The notes beneath the pieces are model-generated. The model did not search any database, had not been told where the DNA came from, and was given only the letters and a program-made list of their open reading frames with translations. From the NCBI GenBank assembly GCA_963782915.1, contig CAWALK010000024.1, forward strand, positions 64,001-128,000: 64,000 bases of DNA. The letters are read 5' to 3'. Numbering within the stretch: position 1 is the first letter of the stretch; each line of letters starts with the position of its first letter. The translations under genes were made by a program, and so were the position numbers. Shown here piece by piece: positions 42,602 to 52,130 of this stretch. The DNA comes from an uncultured archaeon (lineage in GTDB: Archaea > Thermoproteota > Bathyarchaeia > Bathyarchaeales > Bathycorpusculaceae).

Positions 42602-43246
42602 TTAGAGTGTGCCCAGCAGGACATGCTCAGCAAACAAGTCCTCGCTGAATGCCCCCATGAATTCGACTTTTTCGTTGATAACGATTTTGGGTACGCCGAT
42701 AACGTTGTATTTCATGGCTAAATCAGGGAATTCGCCGCTTTCAATCACGTCTGCTTTGATGAGGTCGCATTCGATGGCTAATTTGTGTGCGATGGCTGCG
42801 GCGGCTGGACAATGTGGGCAGGTTAGGGTGACGAAGACTTTGATGTTTACGGGCGCTTTAACGTCCTTTAAAACAGCCTTTGTTTTGTCGGAGAGGTCCG
42901 TTGTGCCTTTTGAAACATTGATTATGGCTTCGATAAGGGTTTGCAATTCATATCCGTATGGTATGCCATAGATTCTTACGCCGTAGTCTTTTTTGCCGAT
43001 GACTGCTATGGCGGGGACCCGTTCGATGCCGTATTCTTTTACTTTGGCTGCGTCTGCCATGAAATCGTAGACTTCAGTTGTTACTTTGTCGCTGATGGTG
43101 CCTATTTCTTGGGCTAGTTTTCTTGTTTGGCTGCAGTATTGGCATTCTACTTCTTGGGTGAATGCAACGATTTTTACTGGATCAACCAATTTCACGTTGA
43201 AGTCGTTTTTTAGTAACTCTTTTTTGTCGTCTGGTAGTAAACTCAA
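42602..43246 (-). CDS. Protein disulfide oxidoreductase (two thioredoxin units)
   Basis: CQYC and CPHC sites, GIP.GYE, VPKIVIN. Confidence 0.92.
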   Translation of the reverse strand: MSLLPDDKKELLKNDFNVKLVDPVKIVAFTQEVECQYCSQTRKLAQEIGTISDKVTTEVYDFMADAAKVKEYGIERVPAIAVIGKKDYGVRIYGIPYGYELQTLIEAIINVSKGTTDLSDKTKAVLKDVKAPVNIKVFVTLTCPHCPAAAAIAHKLAIECDLIKADVIESGEFPDLAMKYNVIGVPKIVINEKVEFMGAFSEDLFAEHVLLGTL

Positions 43247-43399
43247 AAGTGTTGCCTCCACAAAATCCTCGGTGTTGGGCAAAGTAGAGTTGTATTCTCC
43301 TGCATATAGACTTTAAATCAGCTAAGCGCTTTCTAACGAAACCATTATTAGGTGCACAAAGCTGACTTTTTAGTAAGTTACTGTTTTGGAGCAATTTGT

Positions 43400-44590
43400 A
43401 TGGTAAAGGTTACACTGAAAGATGGAGTAAACTGGGTTGGAGTTGTTGATTGGAACATACGGGACTTCCACGGCTACATCACCTACAGGGGAAGCAGCTA
43501 CAACGCCTATTTAATTCAGGACGAAAAAACCGCGTTAGTAGACACTGTAAAAGCGGCATTCGCCAATGAACTAGTCGAACATATCAAGGAACATACCCCG
43601 CTTGAAAAAATCGATTACATCATAGTTAACCATGTGGAAATGGATCACTCAAGCAGCTTGCCAGTCATCGCCAAACTTGCGCCCCAAGCAAAAATCTACG
43701 CTACTGCCCGAGGCAAAGAGGAACTCATCAAGCACTTCGGCGCCGAATTTGAGCGAGTGGAAATCGTCAAGTCAGGCGACAAAATCGAGTTGGGAAAGAA
43801 GACCTTGACTTTCCTTGAAGCGCCGATGCTGCATTGGCCTGATAGCATGTTCACCTATATCATCGAAGACAAAATTCTGTTGCCTAACGATGCTTTTGGG
43901 CAGCACCTTGCCAGCAGCGGCAGATTCGACGATGAAGTAGACCAGACGATATTAATGGAGGAAGCAGTCACATACTACGCAAACATCCTCATGCCCTTCT
44001 CGCCTCTAATCGTGAAGAAAATTCAGGAAGTCGTCGCCATGAAGCTGCCCATCGACATTATTGGGCCAAGCCACGGTATCATCTGGCGAAAGGATCCCAT
44101 GAAAATCGTCAACGCCTACATGGATTGGTGCACAGGCAAAACCGTGAAGAACAAAGCAGTGGTCGTTTTTGATACAATGTGGGGCAGCACCGACAAGATG
44201 GCAAGAGCTATTGGTGAAGGCATCGCCAGTCAAGGTGTCGAAGTCAAGTTGCTGAAGCTAAGGGGCACAGACAACACTGATATAGTCACCGAAATCGTCG
44301 ACACAAAAGCAGTCGTCGTCGGTTCACCGACACTAAACAATGGCATGTTCCCCTCGCTGGGCTCATTTTTAACCTACATTGGCGGGTTGAAGCCTAAGGG
44401 CAAAACCTGGTACTTCTTCGGTTCGTTTGGTTGGGGCGGCGGCGGAGTCCGAAACATGGTAAAGATGGCTAAAGAATTCGGCTTCGATGTGGTGGAGCCC
44501 AGTATGGAGTTTAAGTGGGTTCCAACCGCTGAGGAACTAAAGAAGTGCTTTGAGTTTGGTCAGCAAATCGGCCAAAAAATCAAGGCCTAA
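43400..44590 (+). CDS. fprA: Flavodiiron protein (O2/NO reductase)
   Basis: G.SYNAYLI, NHVEMDHS, HWPDSM, DAFGQH, PSHG and a flavodoxin domain. Confidence 0.94.
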   Translation: MVKVTLKDGVNWVGVVDWNIRDFHGYITYRGSSYNAYLIQDEKTALVDTVKAAFANELVEHIKEHTPLEKIDYIIVNHVEMDHSSSLPVIAKLAPQAKIYATARGKEELIKHFGAEFERVEIVKSGDKIELGKKTLTFLEAPMLHWPDSMFTYIIEDKILLPNDAFGQHLASSGRFDDEVDQTILMEEAVTYYANILMPFSPLIVKKIQEVVAMKLPIDIIGPSHGIIWRKDPMKIVNAYMDWCTGKTVKNKAVVVFDTMWGSTDKMARAIGEGIASQGVEVKLLKLRGTDNTDIVTEIVDTKAVVVGSPTLNNGMFPSLGSFLTYIGGLKPKGKTWYFFGSFGWGGGGVRNMVKMAKEFGFDVVEPSMEFKWVPTAEELKKCFEFGQQIGQKIKA

Positions 44591-44677
44591 TTTTCTTTTT
44601 CCTCTTTGTATTTTTTTGGCTACCGCTCGTTCTAAGTTAAATAAAAAGTAAAACAAAAAAGTTAAGGCTAAAATGCC

Positions 44678-45181
44678 TTACTCAATCTTCATAAAAAAGC
44701 TTTTTGCAGTATTGCAAATCGGGCATTTGTCTGGTGTGTTGCCTTCGAATGTGTTACCACAAACTGGACAAACATGCAACTCAGCTTTGGGGAGGTCTTG
44801 TTTGGTTTTTGCGCTGTCGATTGCTTTTTGGTAGAGGTTAGCATGGATTGCTTCTACTTTGTTGGCGTAATCGAAGCTTTGTAGGGCTTTTTTGTTGCCT
44901 TCAGCTTTGGCTTCTTCGATGAATTGGGGGTACATTTTCGTGAATTCGTAGGTTTCGCCGGAGACCGCTGTGGATAGGTTGTCGGCTGTGGTTTTGACTT
45001 GGCCCATTACGCGGAGGTGGTTGTGGGCATGTACGGTTTCTGCTTCTGCTGCTGCTTTGAAGAGTTTAGCGATTTGGGGGAATCCTTCCTGTTCTGCTGC
45101 TTTGGCGAAGGCGAGGTAGAGTCTGTTTGCTTGGGATTCGCCTGCGAAGGCAGCTTTTAGGTTTTCGTCAGTTTTAGTCAT
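44678..45181 (-). CDS. rbr: Rubrerythrin
   Basis: NL.AAFAGESQAN, AE..HA, GE.YE...MYP.F, E..H, C-terminal CPVC/CPIC. Confidence 0.94.
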   Translation of the reverse strand: MTKTDENLKAAFAGESQANRLYLAFAKAAEQEGFPQIAKLFKAAAEAETVHAHNHLRVMGQVKTTADNLSTAVSGETYEFTKMYPQFIEEAKAEGNKKALQSFDYANKVEAIHANLYQKAIDSAKTKQDLPKAELHVCPVCGNTFEGNTPDKCPICNTAKSFFMKIE

Positions 45182-45451
45182 AAATAAAATCACCATACAT
45201 TGTTAAGCAAAAAGGAGTAAATAAGCACTTAGCTACCTGTTGTATGCTTGCTATCTTAGTTGCGTTTTTTCTCTATCCCCCATTATTTATAGGCTCAACA
45301 AGTGCAGTTGTGAGTTGACTGGAAGTATGCGTTTGTTGGTTGCCTATTGTGTGGTCTATACGGTTGTTGGCTGGATTGTTGGGTTGGTAGGCACCTGTTT
45401 TAGTGTCTATGTTGTTTTGGGCGCTGGGAGGTACTACCTACCTCAGACATG

Positions 45452-45511
45452 GACCCCCTCCCCTCTATAGTGTAGGTTTGTTGCTCTGCCAAGACCCTCC
45501 CTACCCCCTAT
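45452..45511 (-). repeat. Dispersed G-rich repeat family B, copy 2
   Basis: Reverse complement reads atagggggtagggagggtcttggcagagcaacaaacctac...agaggggaggggg. Confidence 0.6.
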
Positions 45512-45619
45512 GGTGGAATAGAAAACTGCTCAGTTAACCAAACATGTTAGCCTTAACTCCTTAAAGCAAAGTATATATGCCCAATTATTCTTTTGGAAAT
45601 ACAGAATTTTGGTGATTTT

Positions 45620-46255
45620 ATGGAGAAAGTAAAAACATTCACTCTACCCAAACTACCCTACGAATACAACGCCCTCGCACCCTACATATCCGAGGAGCAA
45701 CTCAAACTTCATCACGACAAGCACCACCAGAAATACGTCACAGACGCCAACAAACTATTAGCCAGCATAGACGAAGCATCCAAAGCAGACCAAACCATCG
45801 ATTACTGGGTTAGCTTCGGATACGTAAAAGCACTCGCAAAAGAACTGGCCTTCAACGTAGGCGGCCACATGCTACACTCGATTTTCTGGGAAAACATGGC
45901 ACCCGCAGGCAAAGGCGGCGGAGGAGCCCCCAGTGGAGCCATCGCGGAAATCATAAACAGCAACTTTGGCAGCTTCGAGAGATTCAAAAAATTATTCAGC
46001 GCCGCTGCAGTAAGCACAGAAGGGTCAGGCTGGGCTGCACTCGCAGTTCACCCATGCATCGACAGAGCCTTCATAGTGCAGATCGAAAAACACAACATCA
46101 ACATTCCACCCAACTTCACAGTCGTAATGGCCCTTGACGTATGGGAACACGCCTACTACGTTGACTACAAGAACGAGCGGCCGAAATTTGTTGAAGCCTT
46201 CTGGAATGTCGTCAACTGGGACAGAGTTAACAAAAACTTAGCCCTAGTAAAATAA
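45620..46255 (+). CDS. sod: Fe/Mn superoxide dismutase
   Basis: [40 protein letters not shown]. Confidence 0.96.
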   Translation: MEKVKTFTLPKLPYEYNALAPYISEEQLKLHHDKHHQKYVTDANKLLASIDEASKADQTIDYWVSFGYVKALAKELAFNVGGHMLHSIFWENMAPAGKGGGGAPSGAIAEIINSNFGSFERFKKLFSAAAVSTEGSGWAALAVHPCIDRAFIVQIEKHNINIPPNFTVVMALDVWEHAYYVDYKNERPKFVEAFWNVVNWDRVNKNLALVK

Positions 46256-46265
46256 AACAAAACAG

Positions 46266-46300
46266 ACTGACCAATCGGTCAGTTTCTTTAATTTCTTTTT
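46266..46300 (+). terminator. Hairpin terminator between convergent sod and Alba-like genes
   Basis: actgacc-aatc-ggtcagt followed by a T-rich tract. Confidence 0.5.
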
Positions 46301-46965
46301 TAAGCTGGTTTATTTGCCGCTACTTCTTTTAGCACTGCACTTTGCCGTTTAGTGTACCTTGTTGTTACGCCTTTTTGGATGTAGATGGATACTGCAGCTA
46401 TGCTTTTGGTTGGGTCATTACGCATGATAATCGAGTATAGGTGGAATAGTTTGATGCCGACGGGGTCTTTGGAGATTTGGCCCCCAGTTAATTTTAGGGC
46501 TAATGCGATGGCGTCGTTGATGGAGCCGCCTGCTGCAACAATTTTTATTTCATCAAACTTAGCTAACCGTAACAGGCTAAGGGTGAGTAGGCGCTCAAAT
46601 GTTGCTGCCCTGCTAACGCTCACTGTCTGCTCCACAACATCAGTCATGGATTTGTCTTCCCTATCAGCCAACGCAGCGTAATCGCCTGCCTGCTTCTGGG
46701 TTAAATGCGCAGAAACTGCAGCTACTGCGCCGAGCGTGGGCACTTCGATGGATGCTATATCGATGTCGTCAACGTAGGCTTTGGCAATCTCAGTTGCCAT
46801 GTTAATAGCTGAACAAGCCAAAAAAAGTGAATCGTTTAAGCCAACAACGTTTACTTCGCCTGTTTCCATTATGTCAGCGATTATGCCTTCCACTACATCT
46901 GTTGTTTTCGCTGAAGCATCTGCGGGTTGGAGGAGTATGATTTTGCCTGTGTTTTCTTGACTCAT
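46300..46965 (-). CDS. Tandem Alba-fold protein
   Basis: Two ~90-aa units with Alba secondary-structure order; unit 2 DEIKIVAAGGSINDAIALA aligns with Alba EVVIKARGRAISKAVDVA. Confidence 0.6.
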   Translation of the reverse strand: MSQENTGKIILLQPADASAKTTDVVEGIIADIMETGEVNVVGLNDSLFLACSAINMATEIAKAYVDDIDIASIEVPTLGAVAAVSAHLTQKQAGDYAALADREDKSMTDVVEQTVSVSRAATFERLLTLSLLRLAKFDEIKIVAAGGSINDAIALALKLTGGQISKDPVGIKLFHLYSIIMRNDPTKSIAAVSIYIQKGVTTRYTKRQSAVLKEVAANKPA

Positions 46966-47024
46966 AGGGGTGCCTAAAATTAATCCAGCGTTTGCCCATA
47001 TAACACTTGCCGATGCCCCGCCGT

Positions 47025-47341
47025 TTAGGGTGGCGGAGTGATTTTAATTGCGGCTGCTGGACACTGCATCTCACAGGCTAAGCATTGTATGCAGTCTTTT
47101 TCGCGGGCTGGGTCAGCTTTGCGATTAGACAAGGGATGCCCAGGTGTATCAACCATATCATAGAGTGAAACGGGGCAAACGTCTGCGCATACGCCGTCTC
47201 CGACGCATACATCCCAATCTACAGCGGCATTTGTTCCATGTACACCCAATGTAGTTGGGGGTTCAACGGGTCCCCAGACTTTATGTTATTATGTTCATTT
47301 ACAACTTGGCGTTTAGTTTGAAAATCAGGGTCAATTGGCAA
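47025..47341 (-). CDS. Zinc-containing ferredoxin, Sulfolobus Zfx type (frameshift near 47285)
   Basis: MPIDPDF..RQVV.EH..HKVWGPVEPP..LGVHGT.. then CVGDGVCADVCP and CIQCLACEMQCP. Confidence 0.85.
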
Positions 47342-47433
47342 AAATAGTTCACCAATTAAACTTCGGATGAGCGGAGATATTAGTGTTTCCACAAACCATT
47401 TTGGTAGGCTAGTGTTACCAGTAAGTGAGGTTT

Positions 47434-48210
47434 ATGGTTCAATATTACTTGCCCACTGGCATGCGATACGCCAGCTTAGATGAGCGTAAACAGTTCTACA
47501 CAGAAGAATTCAATGTTCAGAAGGTGGCGGAGTGGTTTGAGCATGGATTGGGCTACACCAAGTTTGCGGTAATCATGGGCAAACACACCAAAATTTTCTT
47601 GGAGAAGTATAAGGAGGATGCCTCAACCACCATCTTAATCGACGAATACAAGACCCTCGAAGATGTGCAGGGGCAAATTGTTGATTTTCTGCCCGAAGCG
47701 GTGTATTATGATCGAAACGTCTACGATTCAAACGGTGAAAAGGTGGGGCAGGAATTGGCTTTTGATTTGGACCCCGAAAACGTCACTTGCCCCGTACATG
47801 GCACACTCGCGGACAAGATGAAGCAGAGTCAGGGCTTGAGCTTCTGCGAATTGGAACTGGAGATTATAAGAAAAGAAGCTATTGGGCTCTACGAGTTTCT
47901 TTCAGGGCGGTTTTCTGATTTGCGGGTTGTCTATTCGGGCAGGGGCTTTCATTTGCATGTTTTGGACAAAGACGCATACGCACTAAGCACTGAAGAACGC
48001 CTTAATCTTGCAAGGGAAGCTAAACAGCAGGGATTCCACATAGACGAATGGGTAACCTCAGGCGAATACCGCTTAATCCGTTTGCCCTATAGCCTCAACG
48101 GATTAGTCTCACGAATTGTTTTGCCATTAAAAAAGAAAGAGTTAGAAAGCTTCGACGCCGTACATGACAGCCGCTGCATTCCAAAATTTTTGGATAGCTC
48201 TACTTTTTGA
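47434..48210 (+). CDS. Archaeo-eukaryotic primase (PriS-like) protein
   Basis: ELAFDLD (motif I), YSGRGFHLHV (II), ID..VT and RLIRLPYSLNG (III). Confidence 0.85.
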   Translation: MVQYYLPTGMRYASLDERKQFYTEEFNVQKVAEWFEHGLGYTKFAVIMGKHTKIFLEKYKEDASTTILIDEYKTLEDVQGQIVDFLPEAVYYDRNVYDSNGEKVGQELAFDLDPENVTCPVHGTLADKMKQSQGLSFCELELEIIRKEAIGLYEFLSGRFSDLRVVYSGRGFHLHVLDKDAYALSTEERLNLAREAKQQGFHIDEWVTSGEYRLIRLPYSLNGLVSRIVLPLKKKELESFDAVHDSRCIPKFLDSSTF

Positions 48211-48292
48211 CGGCTGTTGCTTTCTTTTCGCCTTTGCTGTAGTAGGCTTGCTTTTTCTTTTGTTCTTCTGCTGAAACTGGTTTTTTGGACAT
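48200..48292 (-). CDS. Putative 30-aa basic peptide MSKKPVSAEEQKKKQAYYSKGEKKATAVKK
   Basis: Clean ORF with GGGGA RBS and an AAAAAAGCCTTTAAG promoter-like element upstream. Confidence 0.5.
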   Translation of the reverse strand: MSKKPVSAEEQKKKQAYYSKGEKKATAVKK

Positions 48293-48418
48293 CAAATATT
48301 CCCCATTTGAGGTTTAGGCGTTGGGGGCTTAAAGGCTTTTTTTAGCTTGGCGCTTGCAATTGAAAGGTTTATTTGACTTTGATTATTCACTTATTTGTGC
48401 ATATTTGAGGCTTACTTT

Positions 48419-49801
48419 ATGGAAGAATTCGATGTACTGGTCATTGGTTCTGGTTCGGGGATGCTTGTTGCTTCAGCCGCTGTTGAGGCAGGGTTTAAGG
48501 TTGCGTTGGTTGAAGGCGGCACGATGGGCGGCACCTGCATAAACGTTGGTTGCGTGCCGTCTAAGATGCTGATTCACCCCGCAGACTTAATCACCGGCAT
48601 TGCGGAAGCAGAGAAACTCGGCATAAAAGCCACCGTCACACAAGTTGATTTCCAAAACATCATGAACCGCATGCACGCCCTCGTCACCCATGACACAAGC
48701 CACCAAGCCGCCGCAGTCCAAGCCACACCCGAAATGACCTGGTTCAAAGAAAAAGGCGAATTCATCTCAGACTACACCATGCAAGTCGGAGCCCACACCA
48801 TAAAAGCCAAAGTCATCTACATCGCCTCAGGCGCACGCACCGCGTTGCCCCTAATCAAGGGCATAGAAGGCATCCAATACTTAACCAGCGACACCGTTTT
48901 GCAGCTTCAAACTCAGCCTAAAAGCATCATAATCGTCGGGGGCGGCTACATTGGGATGGAGTATGGGCATTTCTTTTCGGCTATCGGCACCAAAACCACG
49001 GTTATACAACGGGCTGATCGGGTGCTGCCGGAGGAGGAGCCTGAAGTTTCGGATTTGCTCAGAAGCCAGATAGAGAAGCGCATGGAATTATTCACCGGGT
49101 ATGAGGCGTTGGAAGTCAAGCAGGAAGGTTCAATGAAGACATTGGTTGCCCGAAACCGCGTGGATGGTTCTCAGAGGGAATTCACTGCGGAAGCATTCAT
49201 GGTTGCTACGGGCAGAGTCTCAAACGCAGACTTACTCAAACCCGAAAAAACCGGCGTAAAACTCGACGAGCACGGCTTCATCCAAGTCAACGAATACCTT
49301 GAAACCAGCAAAAAACACATCTACGCCTTTGGCGACGCCATCGGCAAACAAATGTTCAAACACTCAGCCAACTATGAAGCCGGCGTCGTCTGGCACAACA
49401 GCACCCATGACCACAAGTTACCCATGGACTTCTCCGCGACGCCCCACGGAGTTTTTACATATCCGCAGATTGCCGCTGTTGGATTGAAAGAGGAGGAAGC
49501 AAAGAAGCACTACAATATCCTGATTGGCAAAGCATTCTACAGAGATACAGCTATGGGAGCCGCCATGGGTAATCCTGAAGGCTTCGTAAAAGTCATCGTT
49601 GAAAAAGAAACCGGCAAAATCTTGGGTGCCCACATCATCGGACCCGAAGCAGTCTTACTGATCCAGGAAATCACTGATGCCATGGTAACACCGCCAGGCG
49701 ATTATGGACCCATCGCACGAGGCATGCATATTCACCCGGCGCTCAATGAAGTGGTGCAGAACGCTTTTGGGGCGCTCCAAGACCCTGAACATCACCACTA
49801 A
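48419..49801 (+). CDS. Class I pyridine nucleotide-disulfide reductase (lipoamide dehydrogenase / mycothione reductase-like)
   Basis: IGSGSG, GGTCINVGCVPSK, GGGYIGME, ATGR..N, HIHPAL.E. Confidence 0.88.
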   Translation: MEEFDVLVIGSGSGMLVASAAVEAGFKVALVEGGTMGGTCINVGCVPSKMLIHPADLITGIAEAEKLGIKATVTQVDFQNIMNRMHALVTHDTSHQAAAVQATPEMTWFKEKGEFISDYTMQVGAHTIKAKVIYIASGARTALPLIKGIEGIQYLTSDTVLQLQTQPKSIIIVGGGYIGMEYGHFFSAIGTKTTVIQRADRVLPEEEPEVSDLLRSQIEKRMELFTGYEALEVKQEGSMKTLVARNRVDGSQREFTAEAFMVATGRVSNADLLKPEKTGVKLDEHGFIQVNEYLETSKKHIYAFGDAIGKQMFKHSANYEAGVVWHNSTHDHKLPMDFSATPHGVFTYPQIAAVGLKEEEAKKHYNILIGKAFYRDTAMGAAMGNPEGFVKVIVEKETGKILGAHIIGPEAVLLIQEITDAMVTPPGDYGPIARGMHIHPALNEVVQNAFGALQDPEHHH

Positions 49802-49868
49802 CCCAGATTTCGGCCATTTCAAAAACAGTTATATCTGCCATTAACAAAATCTTAGATAGTGATTTTTT

Positions 49869-50153
49869 ATGCAATTCTCAAAGGTTTCTGGAAAGAAAAA
49901 CGACCACAAAGTAACCGTTTTCGCACTATCCACCTGTGTCTGGTGCAAACTAACCAAACAGTTCCTAAGCGACAACGGAGTCGCCTACGAATTCGTCGAC
50001 GTCGACCTACTCGATGACAACGACAAAAGCAAAGTTCACGAAACCATAGAAAGCAAAGGAGGCAGCCTCAGCTACCCAACCACCATCGTGGATGACAAAA
50101 CCGTCATCACTGGCTTTCGCAAGGACCAGCTGAAAGAGGTTCTGGGCGTTTGA
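49869..50153 (+). CDS. Glutaredoxin (NrdH/methanoredoxin-like)
   Basis: LSTCVWCK.TK.FL, SYPT, I.GF. Confidence 0.9.
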   Translation: MQFSKVSGKKNDHKVTVFALSTCVWCKLTKQFLSDNGVAYEFVDVDLLDDNDKSKVHETIESKGGSLSYPTTIVDDKTVITGFRKDQLKEVLGV

Positions 50154-50717
50154 CCCTAACCATCGACTTTGTGCGCAAACGTGCTGAAGCAGACGCAAAA
50201 ACCTACGGCTACTACCTGACACCCCAGCAAGACCTGCTACAGATGTTTTTGGAGGGCTTGAAGACCAATGAGGAACGCTACGGTTACCCCTCCTGCCCAT
50301 GCCGTTTAGCCACGGGCAAATTGGATTTGGACCGGGACATCATCTGCCCCTGCGACTACCGCGACCCCGATGTAGCCCAATACGGCGCATGCTACTGCCG
50401 ACTTATACGTCAACAAAGCCGTCTATGAAAGCCAAAACTTACCCGAAGTCCCAGAACGCCGACCTATAGAGAAACAGCAACGAGCATACGGCACCTCAGA
50501 CAAGGGAGCACAAGCAACGCCAGCTCAGACGCAGGGAGCACCCGAACAACCCAAAACACAACCCCGAACAGAGCCAACAGTTAAGAAGAAGCTTTGGTAC
50601 TGCAAACAATGCGGCTACGTAGTTTACCGGGAAGATCCACCATACATTTGCCCAATTTGCAAGGCGAAACGGGAAATGTTTGCGGAGGTAGAAGCAAAAG
50701 TGGAGTTTAAGGGTTAA
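50150..50717 (+). CDS. Ferredoxin:disulfide reductase (FTR catalytic domain plus C-terminal rubredoxin; frameshift near 50405)
   Basis: CPCR, ICPC, GACYC.LY; after the shift PERRP and WYCKQCGY...PPYICPICKA. Confidence 0.88.
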
Positions 50718-50867
50718 TTATCGTTCTATTTTTATTTCGATTTTTTTCCATTCTTCACCGACGCCATGAAGGGTTGTTACTGCGCCCGTTATGGTTCCGG
50801 CGAGGATGCTTTCGACAAATTCGTTTATTGGAATTTCTTTTCCATCCACTTGTAACTTTACAGCCAA
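50718..50867 (-). CDS. Small protein resembling the MobB C-terminal domain (MAVKLQVDGKEIPINEFVESIL...)
   Basis: 49-aa ORF, SD AGGTG, V.GK.IP.N.FV..I..T..G...L.G motif. Confidence 0.7.
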   Translation of the reverse strand: MAVKLQVDGKEIPINEFVESILAGTITGAVTTLHGVGEEWKKIEIKIER

Positions 50868-50946
50868 CTTTTCCACCTTTGCTTTTTAGGGATGGCGGGG
50901 CGGGGCAAAAAGGTTGCCCCAAAATTGGCAGAAACCAGTTTGGCGC

Positions 50947-51081
50947 CTAAAAGCGCCTTAAATTATTTTTAGTGCGGTCCTCGAACTGCAGTGTTTTCCT
51001 TTTCTCTATGGTGTATTTGGCGAATGCAACTGCAAGCGAGCTTACACCGAAGACTTCAACGCCTAAAGCTACTAAGTCCAT
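50947..51081 (-). CDS. Small single-TM peptide (MDLVALGVEVFGVSSLAVAFAKY...)
   Basis: 44-aa ORF with SD AAGGTGA. Confidence 0.55.
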   Translation of the reverse strand: MDLVALGVEVFGVSSLAVAFAKYTIEKRKTLQFEDRTKNNLRRF

Positions 51082-51107
51082 ACATTGTCACCTTTATGCT
51101 GCGGGGC

Positions 51108-51236
51108 TTAGTGAGTCCTGTTGTGGTTTAGGTTGGCACTTGCTGTGCTGACTTTCTTCGCTAAATATATCTCACTTGCGAAGGAACCCACCGCCGCTGC
51201 GATGAGACCTAAACCGACTAATATTGCGCTTATCAT
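51108..51236 (-). CDS. Small single-TM peptide (MISAILVGLGLIAAAVGSFASEIY...)
   Basis: 42-aa ORF with SD AAGGTGA and an upstream TATA box. Confidence 0.55.
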   Translation of the reverse strand: MISAILVGLGLIAAAVGSFASEIYLAKKVSTASANLNHNRTH

Positions 51237-51363
51237 TTGTGTTCACCTTTTTGGTTAACACCACTATAACTGTCCAACTAAATATAAAGATAGTTAAGAT
51301 ATGTTCATAACAATTAAGAAAAAATAGATAAATGGCAAACAAAGCAACTGCTTTGCTGGACAG

Positions 51364-51921
51364 TTAAACCCTGCCAGCAGCAGGTTTAAGGATAACCCGC
51401 AGCTTAGTAAGGTTCTCTTTAATCTCAACCTTCACACCCATAGCCGCAAAGTACTCCTCAAGAAAAATCCGAATGAAATCCTTGGAAATCTCCGAAACCA
51501 ATACTAACGTGAAATCGTTGGGGGCGTTTCGTATTAGGCGGTAAAAGTTGCAGGATTCAAGCCGACTCAGCATGTCCTCGGTAGAGTGGACTTTGGTTTT
51601 TAGTTGTTCCCAATGGGTTCGGGCGAGTTCGCGGTGTTCCTTCCAGAACTGCTCTTTCTGGGGTGACGATTCGATTAGGCGCAGAAACATTAGCCAGTGG
51701 TCTACGTCGACGATGACGTGTTCGCCGCTTAGCAGCATGTCAAGGTAGGAGTGGACTTTCTTCTTGGTCACTGGGTCGTCGAGGGCTTTGTTTTCGCTGT
51801 AGAATTTGAGTGCTCGACGCATGGTTTCGCTTTGCGATACTTCTGCGTCTTTGCTCATTTTTTCTAGCAGGTCGGCTGTGGGTTTGTCGAAGGCTACTGT
51901 TACTCGTGTGGGGTTTGTCAT
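51364..51921 (-). CDS. CopG/RHH transcriptional regulator with V4R-like C-terminal domain
   Basis: RVTVAFD...LL......VSQSE.MRRAL RHH; GEHVIVD.DHW, LE.CN.Y. Confidence 0.75.
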   Translation of the reverse strand: MTNPTRVTVAFDKPTADLLEKMSKDAEVSQSETMRRALKFYSENKALDDPVTKKKVHSYLDMLLSGEHVIVDVDHWLMFLRLIESSPQKEQFWKEHRELARTHWEQLKTKVHSTEDMLSRLESCNFYRLIRNAPNDFTLVLVSEISKDFIRIFLEEYFAAMGVKVEIKENLTKLRVILKPAAGRV

Positions 51922-52130
51922 GTTTCCACTCAACAACTATTTGACAGCTTTTCAAGTTAATGGAAATTATATAAACATTACGCAGGCAATGTAACGCTAC
52001 GGCTTACGAGTTTGCATTTTTTTTATCTATTGTTACACATATGTTTAATTATTCAATGCGGGAGCGCTCAAAAACTCTAAATGCCACACCCAACCTAAAC
52101 ATATCAACAACACTTCGAAGGAGAACCGCT

